UHGV virus genome: UHGV-1358930
Reading direction: 5' to 3' (one strand)
DNA from: a virus
DNA: 64,000 bases
Shown here piece by piece: positions 9,069-19,483 of the stretch; position 1 is the first letter of the stretch; the number at the start of each line of letters is the position of its first letter. The position numbers and the translations under genes were made by a program. The notes beneath the pieces were generated by a model. It did no database searches and had not been told where the DNA came from. It saw only the letters and a program-made list of their open reading frames with translations.

Positions 9069-9160
9069 ACAAAGATTCTAAGCGAGGTAAAGGCATGTAA
9101 ACGACGGTAGATCAGAAGACGAACGCATCAGAGATTGAATCAATTTAGGAAGGTTAGTGT

Positions 9161-9454
9161 ATGCAAATTATTTCAGCTACAGAAGCTAGAAGACGTTCGG
9201 CATGTGCAGACGATAGGTTCTTGGTACAGATAAACAACGAAATCAAAGCTGCTGCCGATCGAGGAGAATATATGTGTGTCGTGCATCTAGATGATATCTA
9301 CACTGACAGAGCAGCTTATGAATATCGTAGTATGCTTGAAAACGCTGGTTATCAATGTAACGTAGCTAAAGAAGAACATAAATATTCTGATGATAACACA
9401 GAGCATGATCCACATTCGTATTTTACAACAGTGATAGCACTCATTTGGAAGTAA
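9161..9454 (+). CDS. Hypothetical protein
   Basis: RBS AGGAAGG. 97 aa. Confidence 0.5.
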   Translation: MQIISATEARRRSACADDRFLVQINNEIKAAADRGEYMCVVHLDDIYTDRAAYEYRSMLENAGYQCNVAKEEHKYSDDNTEHDPHSYFTTVIALIWK

Positions 9455-9508
9455 CATATTTAGTTGCTACAAACCGATCATTTGTCAAGATTAGGAGAAA
9501 TAACTGAA

Positions 9509-9775
9509 ATGGACAACACCATCTATTCAGCTGAATTTGCTAAGAAACTTTGTGACGAATATCACTCACTGACGAATCGAATCAACCGATCGATAAAAGA
9601 AGCTGTACGCTATGGAAGATACGAAACAAATCTTGTGTTAGCAACCGATTGTTATGATTACGACAAGATTATAGAATGCGTAAATCAATTCAAAGATCTT
9701 GGTTACGATATATCGGTTCAAACTGAGAATTGTTTCTTAGATGATTCTGTTGTGGTTTCAATTTCTTGGAGATAA
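9509..9775 (+). CDS. Hypothetical protein (start moved to ATG 9509)
   Basis: RBS TAGGAGAAATAAC then ATG at 9509. 88 aa. Confidence 0.5.
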   Translation: MDNTIYSAEFAKKLCDEYHSLTNRINRSIKEAVRYGRYETNLVLATDCYDYDKIIECVNQFKDLGYDISVQTENCFLDDSVVVSISWR

Positions 9776-9886
9776 CAATCAAAAGTGGATGTAACTTAGC
9801 TGCTATCTGGTTTGGACCTTGTATACAAACGAAGGTGAGGTATAAAATTCACCATAACCAAACAAAACTTTTGGAGGTTTTACTTT

Positions 9887-10717
9887 ATGGCGTTATCTGA
9901 AAAGATACAGCTTCTGGGCGCAGGGCTGTATAAAAATATTCCCGATGAACTTACGCTTAAGAACATTCCGACAGCGTCCGAATTGGATTATGTAGGTAGC
10001 GAAGATTTTGATCAGACCATGATCGATACAATTCTTCCTCAAGCCATTGAAGAATCAATAGACACGAAAGAGCTTCTTGAAATCGACTATCAGTGGATCT
10101 GTAGATGCCTTAGATTGCTCAACTACGGTCCGTATGTGACGGTTCATTCCATCTTCTGCGATCACTGCGGTAGAGTTGATGGAGAGTATCGAGTTAATCT
10201 CAATTCTGTTCAGTGTAAAGCGCTTCCAGATTCATTCTTAAACAAGCTTGTCATCAAAGCAGATGAATTCATCGATTTTGATGGTGATGTAGAACTACAT
10301 CTTCTTACTATGCAGCAAGCTCTAAATTCATACAAAGATAAGCAGTTTATCATCCCGTCTTCTGGTAAGTCAATGAGAGAGCTGTCTAGAATCTGTTATA
10401 TGATTACATCTATGGGTGAGGATAAGAACTTAACACCTGTTGATGTAAATATGCTGATTAAGTCTAAATTGTCTTCTGCAGATTACATTGTTCTCAAGAA
10501 TAGAGTAGCTGAATTGACTGACTATGGTTTGAGAGCAGGCGGAGAGTGTAAATGCCCTAGATGCGGAAGCAATGATGCAGCATTCATGGCTCTGATTGAC
10601 GAACGATTTTTTCGCCCAACCTTGGACGATTTACGGGAATGGAAACGAAGTAGAAATAAACGGAGAGATGAAGACGTACATGGAACTTCGGCAAAGGATG
10701 TACGAAAACATAATTGA
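9887..10717 (+). CDS. Hypothetical Zn-ribbon protein upstream of the tape-measure-like gene; likely continues into the 10596 ORF frame via a +1 shift at a T6 tract (chaperone-like two-frame arrangement)
   Basis: RBS TGGAGGT. Cys pairs CRC/CDHC and CKCPRC. The last ~35 codons of this frame are low-complexity and basic, while the +1 frame reads as normal protein. Confidence 0.5.
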   Translation: MALSEKIQLLGAGLYKNIPDELTLKNIPTASELDYVGSEDFDQTMIDTILPQAIEESIDTKELLEIDYQWICRCLRLLNYGPYVTVHSIFCDHCGRVDGEYRVNLNSVQCKALPDSFLNKLVIKADEFIDFDGDVELHLLTMQQALNSYKDKQFIIPSSGKSMRELSRICYMITSMGEDKNLTPVDVNMLIKSKLSSADYIVLKNRVAELTDYGLRAGGECKCPRCGSNDAAFMALIDERFFRPTLDDLREWKRSRNKRRDEDVHGTSAKDVRKHN

Positions 10718-10865
10718 TGAAACCTTATTTATTTCTAGAGCGTCAGAAGGCGCAGTTTCTGCAGAATGGCTCATGACTCAACCAATATTTGTAAGAAAGA
10801 AATATGTAGAGTCTTTTGAAAAAGAGCTGAAAGAACGCGAAAAGCGATTGAAGCAGAAAAAGTAA
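10596..10865 (+). CDS. Alternate-frame 3' extension (likely C-terminal part of the 9887 gene after a +1 frameshift or homopolymer indel)
   Basis: Frame opens exactly at 10596 after a TGA. No RBS. Overlaps the 9887 ORF by 122 nt. T6 run at 10607-10612. Confidence 0.35.
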   Translation: MTNDFFAQPWTIYGNGNEVEINGEMKTYMELRQRMYENIIDETLFISRASEGAVSAEWLMTQPIFVRKKYVESFEKELKEREKRLKQKK

Positions 10866-10898
10866 ACAACTCCTCCTTTGAATAAATTGCCATGAGAA

Positions 10899-10940
10899 GC
10901 AGATCAGTAAAATTTTGCCAGTTTTGCTGATCTGTTTCTA
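10899..10940 (+). terminator. Putative hairpin terminator
   Basis: Stem CAGATCAG / CTGATCTG with a long loop, followed by a T-rich tail. Confidence 0.35.
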
Positions 10941-10997
10941 TGTATGTGCTAATCTTTTATAATAGTATAACAACCAATATGTTGAGGTGAAGAAACA

Positions 10998-13900
10998 ATG
11001 TCAGATAATCCTAGTAACAATAATTACGCTAGCAAATCAGCTAGATTTGTTTCTGAGTCTCAAGGACTGACAGATAACACTACAAAGCAAACAAACGCAA
11101 CTGCAGAACAATCTATCAAGTCACAGGTAATCGAAAATGGTGCAATCCGAGATTATTTAAAATCTATTGATTTGACTACAAAGGAGATACTTCGCAAAGG
11201 TGTTTCGCAGTCAAGTGCAAAAGATAGAATAAAAGACGAAAAAAGCAAGTTTCAGAACGCTGCCAAGGAAGCAGAAAATAGAAGATCTGCTACGCGAGAT
11301 AGTGATAGTAAGAAATCTACTGAAAAGAAAAGATACAGTACATTCTCCGAAGGTGCTGAAGATGCATTCTGGGAAGAAATTCTAGGTAAGAACTTCAAAG
11401 ACCAGATGAGCAGTATTGTTTCTGGCTTTGCAAAAGATTTTGGTGTTAACTTAAAAGACGTACAAGGTGAGCTTGGAAATCAGCTCATGCATCAGGGCAT
11501 GCAAGCTCTTAAGAACACTAAGTTCGGACAAGCTGTTCAGCAGAAAATAGATGATGTAAAAGCAAGTGCGTTTTCAAAGCTTTCGCAGACATTTGATAAA
11601 GGCGCTGAAGGTGGTAAGTCTTACGGCGGAGATGCACTACGTAGTGTAGCTAACCAGATGAAGGGCAAAGAAGCTTCGCCTGCTGCTGAAACAATAAAGA
11701 ACGCAGCTCCTGAAACTGTATCAAAGGTCAGATCTATACTAAGAGATAAAGGATTATCTACAGCTGCTACAGAGTCTGGAAATCTAGGATCTACCGTAGC
11801 AAGCGTTGTAGGAGACGCAATCGGCGGATCTGTACCAGGAGCAGAAATTGCAACCAAAGCTGTTGCAAACGTAGCTACAGACGCTGCAGCAGATATGGCA
11901 ACAGCAGCAGCGGGAAACGCAGCAGCTACAGCTTCTTTGACAACTGCGTCTACAGAAGCAGCAGCAGGTTTATCTGCAGCCGGAGGAACTGCTGGAACCG
12001 CTGGAACCGCAATAGCTGGATTATCAAGCGTAGCAGCTGCAGCTGGCCCAATACTTTTAGCTGTATTGATAGGAATAGAACTATTAACAGACGCAGTCGG
12101 TCCTGCGATTGAAGGGTTCAAAAAATTTGGCGCTGCTTTGAAGAAGTCTGCTAATCGACAGAATGAAACAGACGATAGGCGAGCTGAACTAGCAAAAGAT
12201 AGGCTTGAAGCAGACATAAAAACAATAATAACGGAACCCTTCGACATATTAAAAGAAGCTGCACAAGCTGTATATCAAGCTTGGGACAGTAATCTTCGTC
12301 TCATAAATCAAACTCAAGGATACACAAAATCGGACCTGCAGGATCTGATGGCTATATATGCTCAACGATTACGAGACGAAAATCTATCTAAATATGTCAG
12401 TGGCTCTGATATAACAGCAAATCTAACAAAAGTACTTGAATCTGGTTTATCTGGACAAGTCGCAGAAGAGTTTGCATATGTAGCAACAAAGCTCAACGCA
12501 GCAATACCGACGGAAGACTTCTTCCAGTATTCTTCTACATATGCATCTATCGCCGCGAATCAGATAAAAGCTGGAATGTCTCAAGCAGATGCAATTCAAT
12601 ACGCTACAAAACAGCTGGAGTCATTTGCAAGTAGTTTGCTATATTCTAGCCGTCAGCTTGCCGGTGGATTTAGTTCGGGATTGAAGAATGCATCATCATT
12701 GTTTGAAGAATCTGTAAAGATAACACAAGCAGCAAAAACAGGAAATGCAAGTCAGCTGTCTGCTGTAATGACTGCGGTATCTGCAGCAACTGGTGCAATT
12801 GCGCCAGATCTTGCATCTTCTATGACAGATGCAATAGTAAAAGCAGCAACTGGCGGAAACTCAAGTCAAATTGTTGCACTTAGATCTCTGGCTGGTGTAA
12901 ACGCAGGCAATACAGAATTTTTAAACCAATTAGTATCAGATCCGCAAAGAATATTCTCAACTTTGTTTGAGAACCTCGCTAAGATGCAAAATATGTCTAA
13001 CGACAACTTCATGGAGGTTGCCGAAGGACTTTCCGATGTATTCGGAGTATCAATGGATGCGTTTGCAAGAATCGATTTTAATTATCTTGCAAACGCAATC
13101 AAAAATATGAATACATCTGACGCATCGTTAAACGAAAATATAACTAATCTTAAATCTGGGCAATCTACAACAAATGCTGACATACTCAAGAATCAGCAAA
13201 TAAACCAGTATATAATTGAAAACGGGTTATCGCTTGTCCTAGATAACGAAGCTGCCAGAACAATTCAAGAGCATATGTGGGACGAGCAGATGATGCAGCA
13301 AATTCAAGAGACTACATACGGAGTAGAAATTCAGGGTGCTGCACTAGAGTTATTATCAGGAATTCGTCAAACAATACGTAATTTGATGAACATGCTGAAC
13401 CCGATAGGTTGGTTGGTAAAAACTGTATCCAACGTGTCACAATCTGTGACTGAAGGTGAAGCGCTAAAGGACGATGTAGCTAAGATACTTCAGCTAGGTG
13501 CGGTTGGACAAGGAAACGCTAAATCGTTTTATCAGCTTACTACAAGAGGAAAAGAATTAAATGTAACAAACAATCTTGTAGAGCTACTAGGTGGTAGATC
13601 TAGTTATCAATTAGCTGGTGATTTTTACTCTGCAGTACGAGACGCTTCAGATATATTCAGCCCGATTACGTCTGGTACATTTCGCTTGGCAGATAGCGCA
13701 GCAGAATGGCTGTTGAATAGAGACGCATGGAACAATTATGCTTGGCAAGAAGCATACAACACAATAACGGGAAAGTCTAAACCAACATCTGTATCTAGTA
13801 AGTATACCTGGGGAACTATAAGCAAATCATTAAGCAAATCATTGTCTGCGTCTTCTAGATCAACTTCATTGATATCTAGCGCAGCTTCAAATTCTGCGTT

Positions 13901-14591
13901 AGCTGAATCACAACAACAGGCAGCTGACAGACGAAGCACAGAAATCCTTCAGTCTAACTTCAACAGGATGAAGGATACAATCCAAACATTTGTAGATGAC
14001 AATAAATCATACGACGAATGGAAGGCAACTGCTAGAAATTACGGAATATCTGATTTCGACAAAGCAATAAATAAGCTAGGATACGCAGAAGCTGATCTAC
14101 AAGGCTACTTCGAAGCTCTACAAGGTCAGAAAGGTGCGCAAGCTGCACATGATCGACAGCAGAAAGAAGAAGATTTCTGGGCTATGATGTCTACTAATGA
14201 TGACAGCCAGATGAATCAGCTGATCAGTTTGAAGACTGCAGGTAATGATATTCTAACTAAAATACTAGAAACAACTTCTGCATTTAAGCAGATGTTCAAC
14301 GACTATTTTGTTGAGCCCAAGTGGTATGCAAACACCTATGATAGCGCCGCTGTAGCAAAGATACAAAAAGATGAGAAGTATCAAGCTTCTGACGCTATAT
14401 ACAAACTAGCTGAAGCAATAACTGCTTCAAACAATCTAGATAATCCAACAGTACAAACAAACGCATTGTTAGGCCAGATATTGATTGTTGTACAAAGTAT
14501 CATGCAACAAAATAATACTAAAGGTAAGCTTACAATTCCTGATGCTATCGCCGCGATGGCTACAGGTCAGATGACTGTAGAAGCAGATTAA
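10998..14591 (+). CDS. Putative tail tape-measure protein (1197 aa)
   Basis: Long mostly helical protein with an Ala/Gly-rich hydrophobic block (roughly residues 260-370), typical of tape-measure proteins. Sits immediately upstream of the baseplate-type genes. RBS GAGGTGAAG. Confidence 0.55.
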   Translation: MSDNPSNNNYASKSARFVSESQGLTDNTTKQTNATAEQSIKSQVIENGAIRDYLKSIDLTTKEILRKGVSQSSAKDRIKDEKSKFQNAAKEAENRRSATRDSDSKKSTEKKRYSTFSEGAEDAFWEEILGKNFKDQMSSIVSGFAKDFGVNLKDVQGELGNQLMHQGMQALKNTKFGQAVQQKIDDVKASAFSKLSQTFDKGAEGGKSYGGDALRSVANQMKGKEASPAAETIKNAAPETVSKVRSILRDKGLSTAATESGNLGSTVASVVGDAIGGSVPGAEIATKAVANVATDAAADMATAAAGNAAATASLTTASTEAAAGLSAAGGTAGTAGTAIAGLSSVAAAAGPILLAVLIGIELLTDAVGPAIEGFKKFGAALKKSANRQNETDDRRAELAKDRLEADIKTIITEPFDILKEAAQAVYQAWDSNLRLINQTQGYTKSDLQDLMAIYAQRLRDENLSKYVSGSDITANLTKVLESGLSGQVAEEFAYVATKLNAAIPTEDFFQYSSTYASIAANQIKAGMSQADAIQYATKQLESFASSLLYSSRQLAGGFSSGLKNASSLFEESVKITQAAKTGNASQLSAVMTAVSAATGAIAPDLASSMTDAIVKAATGGNSSQIVALRSLAGVNAGNTEFLNQLVSDPQRIFSTLFENLAKMQNMSNDNFMEVAEGLSDVFGVSMDAFARIDFNYLANAIKNMNTSDASLNENITNLKSGQSTTNADILKNQQINQYIIENGLSLVLDNEAARTIQEHMWDEQMMQQIQETTYGVEIQGAALELLSGIRQTIRNLMNMLNPIGWLVKTVSNVSQSVTEGEALKDDVAKILQLGAVGQGNAKSFYQLTTRGKELNVTNNLVELLGGRSSYQLAGDFYSAVRDASDIFSPITSGTFRLADSAAEWLLNRDAWNNYAWQEAYNTITGKSKPTSVSSKYTWGTISKSLSKSLSASSRSTSLISSAASNSALAESQQQAADRRSTEILQSNFNRMKDTIQTFVDDNKSYDEWKATARNYGISDFDKAINKLGYAEADLQGYFEALQGQKGAQAAHDRQQKEEDFWAMMSTNDDSQMNQLISLKTAGNDILTKILETTSAFKQMFNDYFVEPKWYANTYDSAAVAKIQKDEKYQASDAIYKLAEAITASNNLDNPTVQTNALLGQILIVVQSIMQQNNTKGKLTIPDAIAAMATGQMTVEAD

Positions 14592-14615
14592 AACTTGTTT
14601 GGAGGTAAATAGTAG

Positions 14616-17258
14616 ATGAATTTTATTAAATTCTCAACCGGAACTACTAATATATTCCCATTAGCTAATTCTACTACGGGTGGACAGCTGATGACTGAAT
14701 ATAATCTCAGATCCCGAGAAAGCGTAAAAGTTGGCCCAATTGATCATGATAACAGAATACAGTATATGGTAGGAGAGTCTTTTGTTAATTCTGAAGATGA
14801 CTTCAAACTTAGCAAAAGCTCTTCTGGAGACAACCAGATATTTGAAATATCTTCCGGACGAGCTGTAATAAACGGTCATTTCTTTGAATCACTGGTTCCT
14901 GTATCTATTAACCTTGCTGAAGCTAACACCACATTGAGAAAGAATGCACAACCCGGGCTAAAAGGCGATCTAGTAGTTGGCCTGAGAGCTATGTATAGTA
15001 CCGAAAAAACTATGGCAGGCGCTATGCTGAAAGAGAATAAGACTGAGTACTTTGAAGGTGTACAAGTTGTAGTGTGCAGCCCGCGTGATTTCGTATTACC
15101 AGAAGATTCTCCAGACGATGAGAGCAAAGTAACTGCTCATATTAAACTAGGACAAATTTATTATAGCGATGGCAACGGGCAGATAAATGATAATATTATT
15201 CAAAACGCAGATAAATGTAGATACATTGATGCGAACAGAATAAAAAACATCGCAGATATCACTTCAGATACATACATCAGCAGAACTGGGTTGAATCCTG
15301 GAAAAATATACGGATTTTCGGGTAAGGGAGATGCCGATAAAGACACTTGGTGCGATCTACTTGACAGCTTGATCGTCTGGGACAGAGCGTATGCACGTCC
15401 TACTACGAATAAACCTTCAGTAGATTCTGCACAGTTTGGCACGTACAATGGACGTGTAGTATTACATCTGCCTCACAAACAAGTTGATGGAATGGTAGAC
15501 GCAAACAATAATCGTCTATACTATCCTACTAAAGTGCTAGAGCTTCCTAGAGCTACATATTCTGGCGGCGAGGCTGGAACCATTGACTATAACTACACTA
15601 AGGCTATTAAAGATCAATTTGAAGCTATCCACACTAAGATGCTACAAGGTAAACAACGCGGATATGTACCTGTAATTGATAGTGTAGATAGGCAAGAACT
15701 TCCACCGGTAAATACAGCTTGGGACTTGGGAGATTACATACTTGTAGGTACAGACAATTCAGTAGTAGACTCTGCGACAACTAATTTGATTAAGTCTCCG
15801 TCTACACTTTATGCTGTAGTTGATGGTGTCGTAACTTCTCTTGATTACAAAACTTCCAAAGTAGATGACTCAAGTGTTCCGAATGGTTTAGGAATGCAGA
15901 TGAAACGATTTGACTGGTATGATTCCAAAAACGACCCAATCCCTTCTGTAGACGATTCTGATACTTGGAACAATCAGCTTGAGGTAGCTACTGGAAACTA
16001 TATCGGCACTGTAGGAAAAGATTATGTATTAGTAACATATGCGCAAGCAGACAGCGATGGTAGCATTCATACCACGTATTACTATTATGTAGTAAAGACG
16101 AATACAGGTAAACGATATTCTGATCCGATCTTCTTGACCGGTGAAGTACAGCTTGCAACAGAAGATACAATAGGTGGATTTTTGAATGTTCCAGATACTG
16201 CTTTAGATGCGGGATACATATATAGAGATGACACTGGACATCTCAGATTATTAGACTATGCTCTATTGAGATCTGGTACACTCGCATATCAGCTTGCAAC
16301 TGATCAATCTTATGGAGATGGACTCACATCCGAATCTATACAAGAGCAACTAGATGAATATGTAAATGATCGTGTTGCATTCCCTTCAGCAGATAAGCTT
16401 GAGGATTCAAAATACGATGGACGCATATTCATAGCACTAGAGCTTCCTAAAGAAGAAGATGCGACAACAATAACAATCCGAAACATCGACAGTCGGTTTG
16501 GCACAGCTGTTCACCTTCATCTATCCGGTACTGCAGATAGTCATACAACAATAAATATTGAAAATTGTGAGAAAATACGAGTAGATTATACGTTTACAGC
16601 AGAAAACGGAAATCGTCCTACGCTGAATATCAAAAATTGCAATCTATACTATGATGCATACGTGCTATCTTGTGCTACTAAAATTGAGGGCATGACATTA
16701 TGGTACAAGAAGTACGACAGTACAGACCCTAATATCACTGTATCAGGTATGAAAGTTATTTCCTTAGACGAAGTAACAACTGTAAAGGATATAGATCTGT
16801 GGAATGAATCTGTGGACAATGATATTCACTACAACTGGGGACTAAAGAGCGTTACATTTGGTTTGGACGGTTACATTTTAGGCTTCGGCATACTTGTTAG
16901 AAACGAAACAACTGCTAATGTATCGCTAGGAAAATCAATCATTGTATCTAAGTTCAAAGTTCCACAATCAAGCGGTTTATCTTATCCTATAAGTAGAGTA
17001 AATAAACAGGTCAAAATATCTGGTACATTTGAAAGTGCTTATGCGACTGACAGTCCTCAAGGATATTTGATGATGACAACTAATTTCACTGCGCTGTCTC
17101 AATACTACGATGCAACAACGGAAACGGAAGTAGATGGGCAGCTGTCAATATTCATGAATGCAGAAAACATCACAAATGTAGTAGGCGTGAACGCAGGAGA
17201 GATACTAGACGGCTGGTCAACGGATTCATATCATCCATTTGAAGGAGTGATTGTATAA
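14616..17258 (+). CDS. Large virion structural protein (880 aa; tail/baseplate module)
   Basis: RBS TGGAGGT. Position directly after the tape-measure-like gene. No recognisable catalytic motif. Confidence 0.55.
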   Translation: MNFIKFSTGTTNIFPLANSTTGGQLMTEYNLRSRESVKVGPIDHDNRIQYMVGESFVNSEDDFKLSKSSSGDNQIFEISSGRAVINGHFFESLVPVSINLAEANTTLRKNAQPGLKGDLVVGLRAMYSTEKTMAGAMLKENKTEYFEGVQVVVCSPRDFVLPEDSPDDESKVTAHIKLGQIYYSDGNGQINDNIIQNADKCRYIDANRIKNIADITSDTYISRTGLNPGKIYGFSGKGDADKDTWCDLLDSLIVWDRAYARPTTNKPSVDSAQFGTYNGRVVLHLPHKQVDGMVDANNNRLYYPTKVLELPRATYSGGEAGTIDYNYTKAIKDQFEAIHTKMLQGKQRGYVPVIDSVDRQELPPVNTAWDLGDYILVGTDNSVVDSATTNLIKSPSTLYAVVDGVVTSLDYKTSKVDDSSVPNGLGMQMKRFDWYDSKNDPIPSVDDSDTWNNQLEVATGNYIGTVGKDYVLVTYAQADSDGSIHTTYYYYVVKTNTGKRYSDPIFLTGEVQLATEDTIGGFLNVPDTALDAGYIYRDDTGHLRLLDYALLRSGTLAYQLATDQSYGDGLTSESIQEQLDEYVNDRVAFPSADKLEDSKYDGRIFIALELPKEEDATTITIRNIDSRFGTAVHLHLSGTADSHTTINIENCEKIRVDYTFTAENGNRPTLNIKNCNLYYDAYVLSCATKIEGMTLWYKKYDSTDPNITVSGMKVISLDEVTTVKDIDLWNESVDNDIHYNWGLKSVTFGLDGYILGFGILVRNETTANVSLGKSIIVSKFKVPQSSGLSYPISRVNKQVKISGTFESAYATDSPQGYLMMTTNFTALSQYYDATTETEVDGQLSIFMNAENITNVVGVNAGEILDGWSTDSYHPFEGVIV

Positions 17259-17815
17259 TGAACTCACTTATCCATGATATGATAAAAATCAAATACTCTA
17301 ATGAAGGATATTTACCAGATACACCATATCATCTAGTATCTGACGAAGAAATGATCGAAGCATTCATGAATTCTGATAAAGATTCAGGTTATTTCTTCGA
17401 CAACTACTACGTCACATCGGATTCATTGACTGAGGCATACGAGAAATTAGTATCCACAATTAGATTCCTGCTGAATCGATATATTTCAGATGCATCTGAC
17501 GAAAAGCAGCTACCTAACTGGATATACTCTTACATGCTCGGCGCAGTTATTTCGGATACATCTCCAGACATAGATCGACACGATTTACTTGTGTTACTAG
17601 ATAGAGATAACGTAGATGATGCGATAACTGATAGGGAAAAAAGCTTATGCCTAAGAATCAGCAAGAATTGGATACATAAACTCTCTTCAGATACAAAATA
17701 TTTGAAGATATTGCAGCCTGACGGGTCCTACAGTACAGTTGACATAAGACCTCCTACAATGTTTGGAGAACCTCACATAATAAAGAGCCTTAGATTAGAC
17801 GTAGAGGGAATATAG
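17258..17815 (+). CDS. Hypothetical structural-module protein
   Basis: ATGA-type overlap with the upstream gene. 185 aa. Confidence 0.5.
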   Translation: MNSLIHDMIKIKYSNEGYLPDTPYHLVSDEEMIEAFMNSDKDSGYFFDNYYVTSDSLTEAYEKLVSTIRFLLNRYISDASDEKQLPNWIYSYMLGAVISDTSPDIDRHDLLVLLDRDNVDDAITDREKSLCLRISKNWIHKLSSDTKYLKILQPDGSYSTVDIRPPTMFGEPHIIKSLRLDVEGI

Positions 17816-17827
17816 AGGTGAGCTACA

Positions 17828-18832
17828 TTGAAATATCTACAAGTAACTAATGATACTAAACTTACAGATATTGCCGATATTGTAAGCTCATATAATGTTC
17901 AACATGTATTAGCTGCAAACAATTTAGAGAGAACTCCGATGATAGGAAAGTCGTTTCTATCTAAATGCAAGACGATAATTGCAGAATCACCTGATGTGTC
18001 TTGGCAACGGAAATCAACAGTGCTTAATACGCTGACTTCAGACTCAGATGTATTTGAAAAGGCGTCCCTGCAAAGTGATGAAGACTGGAAAGTTTTAAGT
18101 ACACTCGGCACATTCTATGGTATGTTAAAGATTCCAGATGATTTAAACGTACCTACTTCTTACGGGTTACTTGGGGACGAAACACCTGTAGATAACACGA
18201 TATATAAGAATGCAATGAAGATGTTAGCTGATCCTCCTCATTACATTGATCCATCAATATTTAATGAAGTAAGTACAATTCGACCTGCTCAGATTTTAAG
18301 TAGATATAGAGACAACTCTAATTTTACTCAATTCTTCCACTTGCCTTGGGGTGATATTACCTTATACTCATCTTTAGAGTCATCAGGTGTAGATATTCCT
18401 GCTTATCCAGAAGAATACGAAGATTCGAGAAAAGCGAATTACACGACAATGCCTGATATGCTGTATCAATATGAACCTTGGCAGCTATATGAAAGTTCTG
18501 GACCTAGATCGAATAATTTTGATTTTCAGCTACACAGAGATATGTGGACAGGTGATCATAGAGACGCAAACGCGAATAACTTAATACGATTCTGTCAAGC
18601 AAACTGCTATCCTCGATACCATGGATCCGCAGTGAATGTACCTATCGTTAGTTTATATGTAAAGGGTAGATGTTTGATTTCCGGTGTAATGACAGACTGT
18701 AGTGTAAACTGGAACGGACCTATAGGACTAGACGGATGGTATCTGGCTTTTAAACTTTCATTGTCGATTACAGAGATATCTCAAACTGCGTTGAACTACG
18801 ATACAACACGATCAAAATCGATAATCGGCTGA
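17828..18832 (+). CDS. Hypothetical structural-module protein (TTG start)
   Basis: GAGGTGA RBS 7 nt before TTG. 334 aa. Confidence 0.5.
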   Translation: MKYLQVTNDTKLTDIADIVSSYNVQHVLAANNLERTPMIGKSFLSKCKTIIAESPDVSWQRKSTVLNTLTSDSDVFEKASLQSDEDWKVLSTLGTFYGMLKIPDDLNVPTSYGLLGDETPVDNTIYKNAMKMLADPPHYIDPSIFNEVSTIRPAQILSRYRDNSNFTQFFHLPWGDITLYSSLESSGVDIPAYPEEYEDSRKANYTTMPDMLYQYEPWQLYESSGPRSNNFDFQLHRDMWTGDHRDANANNLIRFCQANCYPRYHGSAVNVPIVSLYVKGRCLISGVMTDCSVNWNGPIGLDGWYLAFKLSLSITEISQTALNYDTTRSKSIIG

Positions 18833-19019
18833 TCAAATCGGATTAACATCTTATATAGACCGTATAAAATACTAAAATTTCGTATATTTATAATTTCATT
18901 TTACTAGAAACTTTAGTCAGCTAAAGGAACGTGTTTTCTATCACAAGAGAAACACAAAAAGCGAAGATAATATTATGTAGATGATCGTATAAATATACGA
19001 TCTAAATGAGGTAAATACA

Positions 19020-19442
19020 ATGACTTTTTACAACACTTTGACGCCTTACAAGGTAATAGAAAAACGAGGAATTCAATACAGTGTATGCAAGGATTACAGT
19101 CATGTGTCTCGATATCGCAATCTTCGTCAAGTTATACATCTGCCAACAGATACTGACAGAGTAACAACACTAGAAACACCAAATCCGTTTACTACAAATG
19201 TTGATGTAATATATTACGAAGTACCTAATCGATATGAAGATCGGTTAGATCTTATCGCTAGAGATACATTAGGATCAGCGCAATATAGCTGGGTAATCGC
19301 ATACTTCAATAAGATTGCTGATGGATATTCTGCTAAGGAAGGGCAACGACTAGTTATACCGAAATCCTTCTATGATTTATTCAATCCAGGAGAGGTTCTA
19401 CAATCAGTCTCCGCAACATCGTTGAATTTAGGGCAAGAATAG
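19020..19442 (+). CDS. Hypothetical protein
   Basis: RBS TGAGGTAAA. A 20-bp perfect palindrome lies 18 nt upstream. Confidence 0.5.
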   Translation: MTFYNTLTPYKVIEKRGIQYSVCKDYSHVSRYRNLRQVIHLPTDTDRVTTLETPNPFTTNVDVIYYEVPNRYEDRLDLIARDTLGSAQYSWVIAYFNKIADGYSAKEGQRLVIPKSFYDLFNPGEVLQSVSATSLNLGQE

Positions 19443-19483
19443 TATCAGCATAAATAATATTATCAGTATTTGGAGGAAGTTAT

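Noticed and set aside
10596-10865. Treating the 89-aa ORF as an independent gene
   Set aside because: The frame opens immediately after a stop with no RBS or convincing start. The sequence reads as a continuation of the upstream protein across a T6 tract.
11621-12247. 208-aa minus-strand ORF inside the tape-measure-like gene
   Set aside because: It lies antisense to the Ala/Gly-rich GC-biased stretch of a well-supported + strand gene. Its composition (Ala/Ser/Pro runs) is typical of a shadow ORF.
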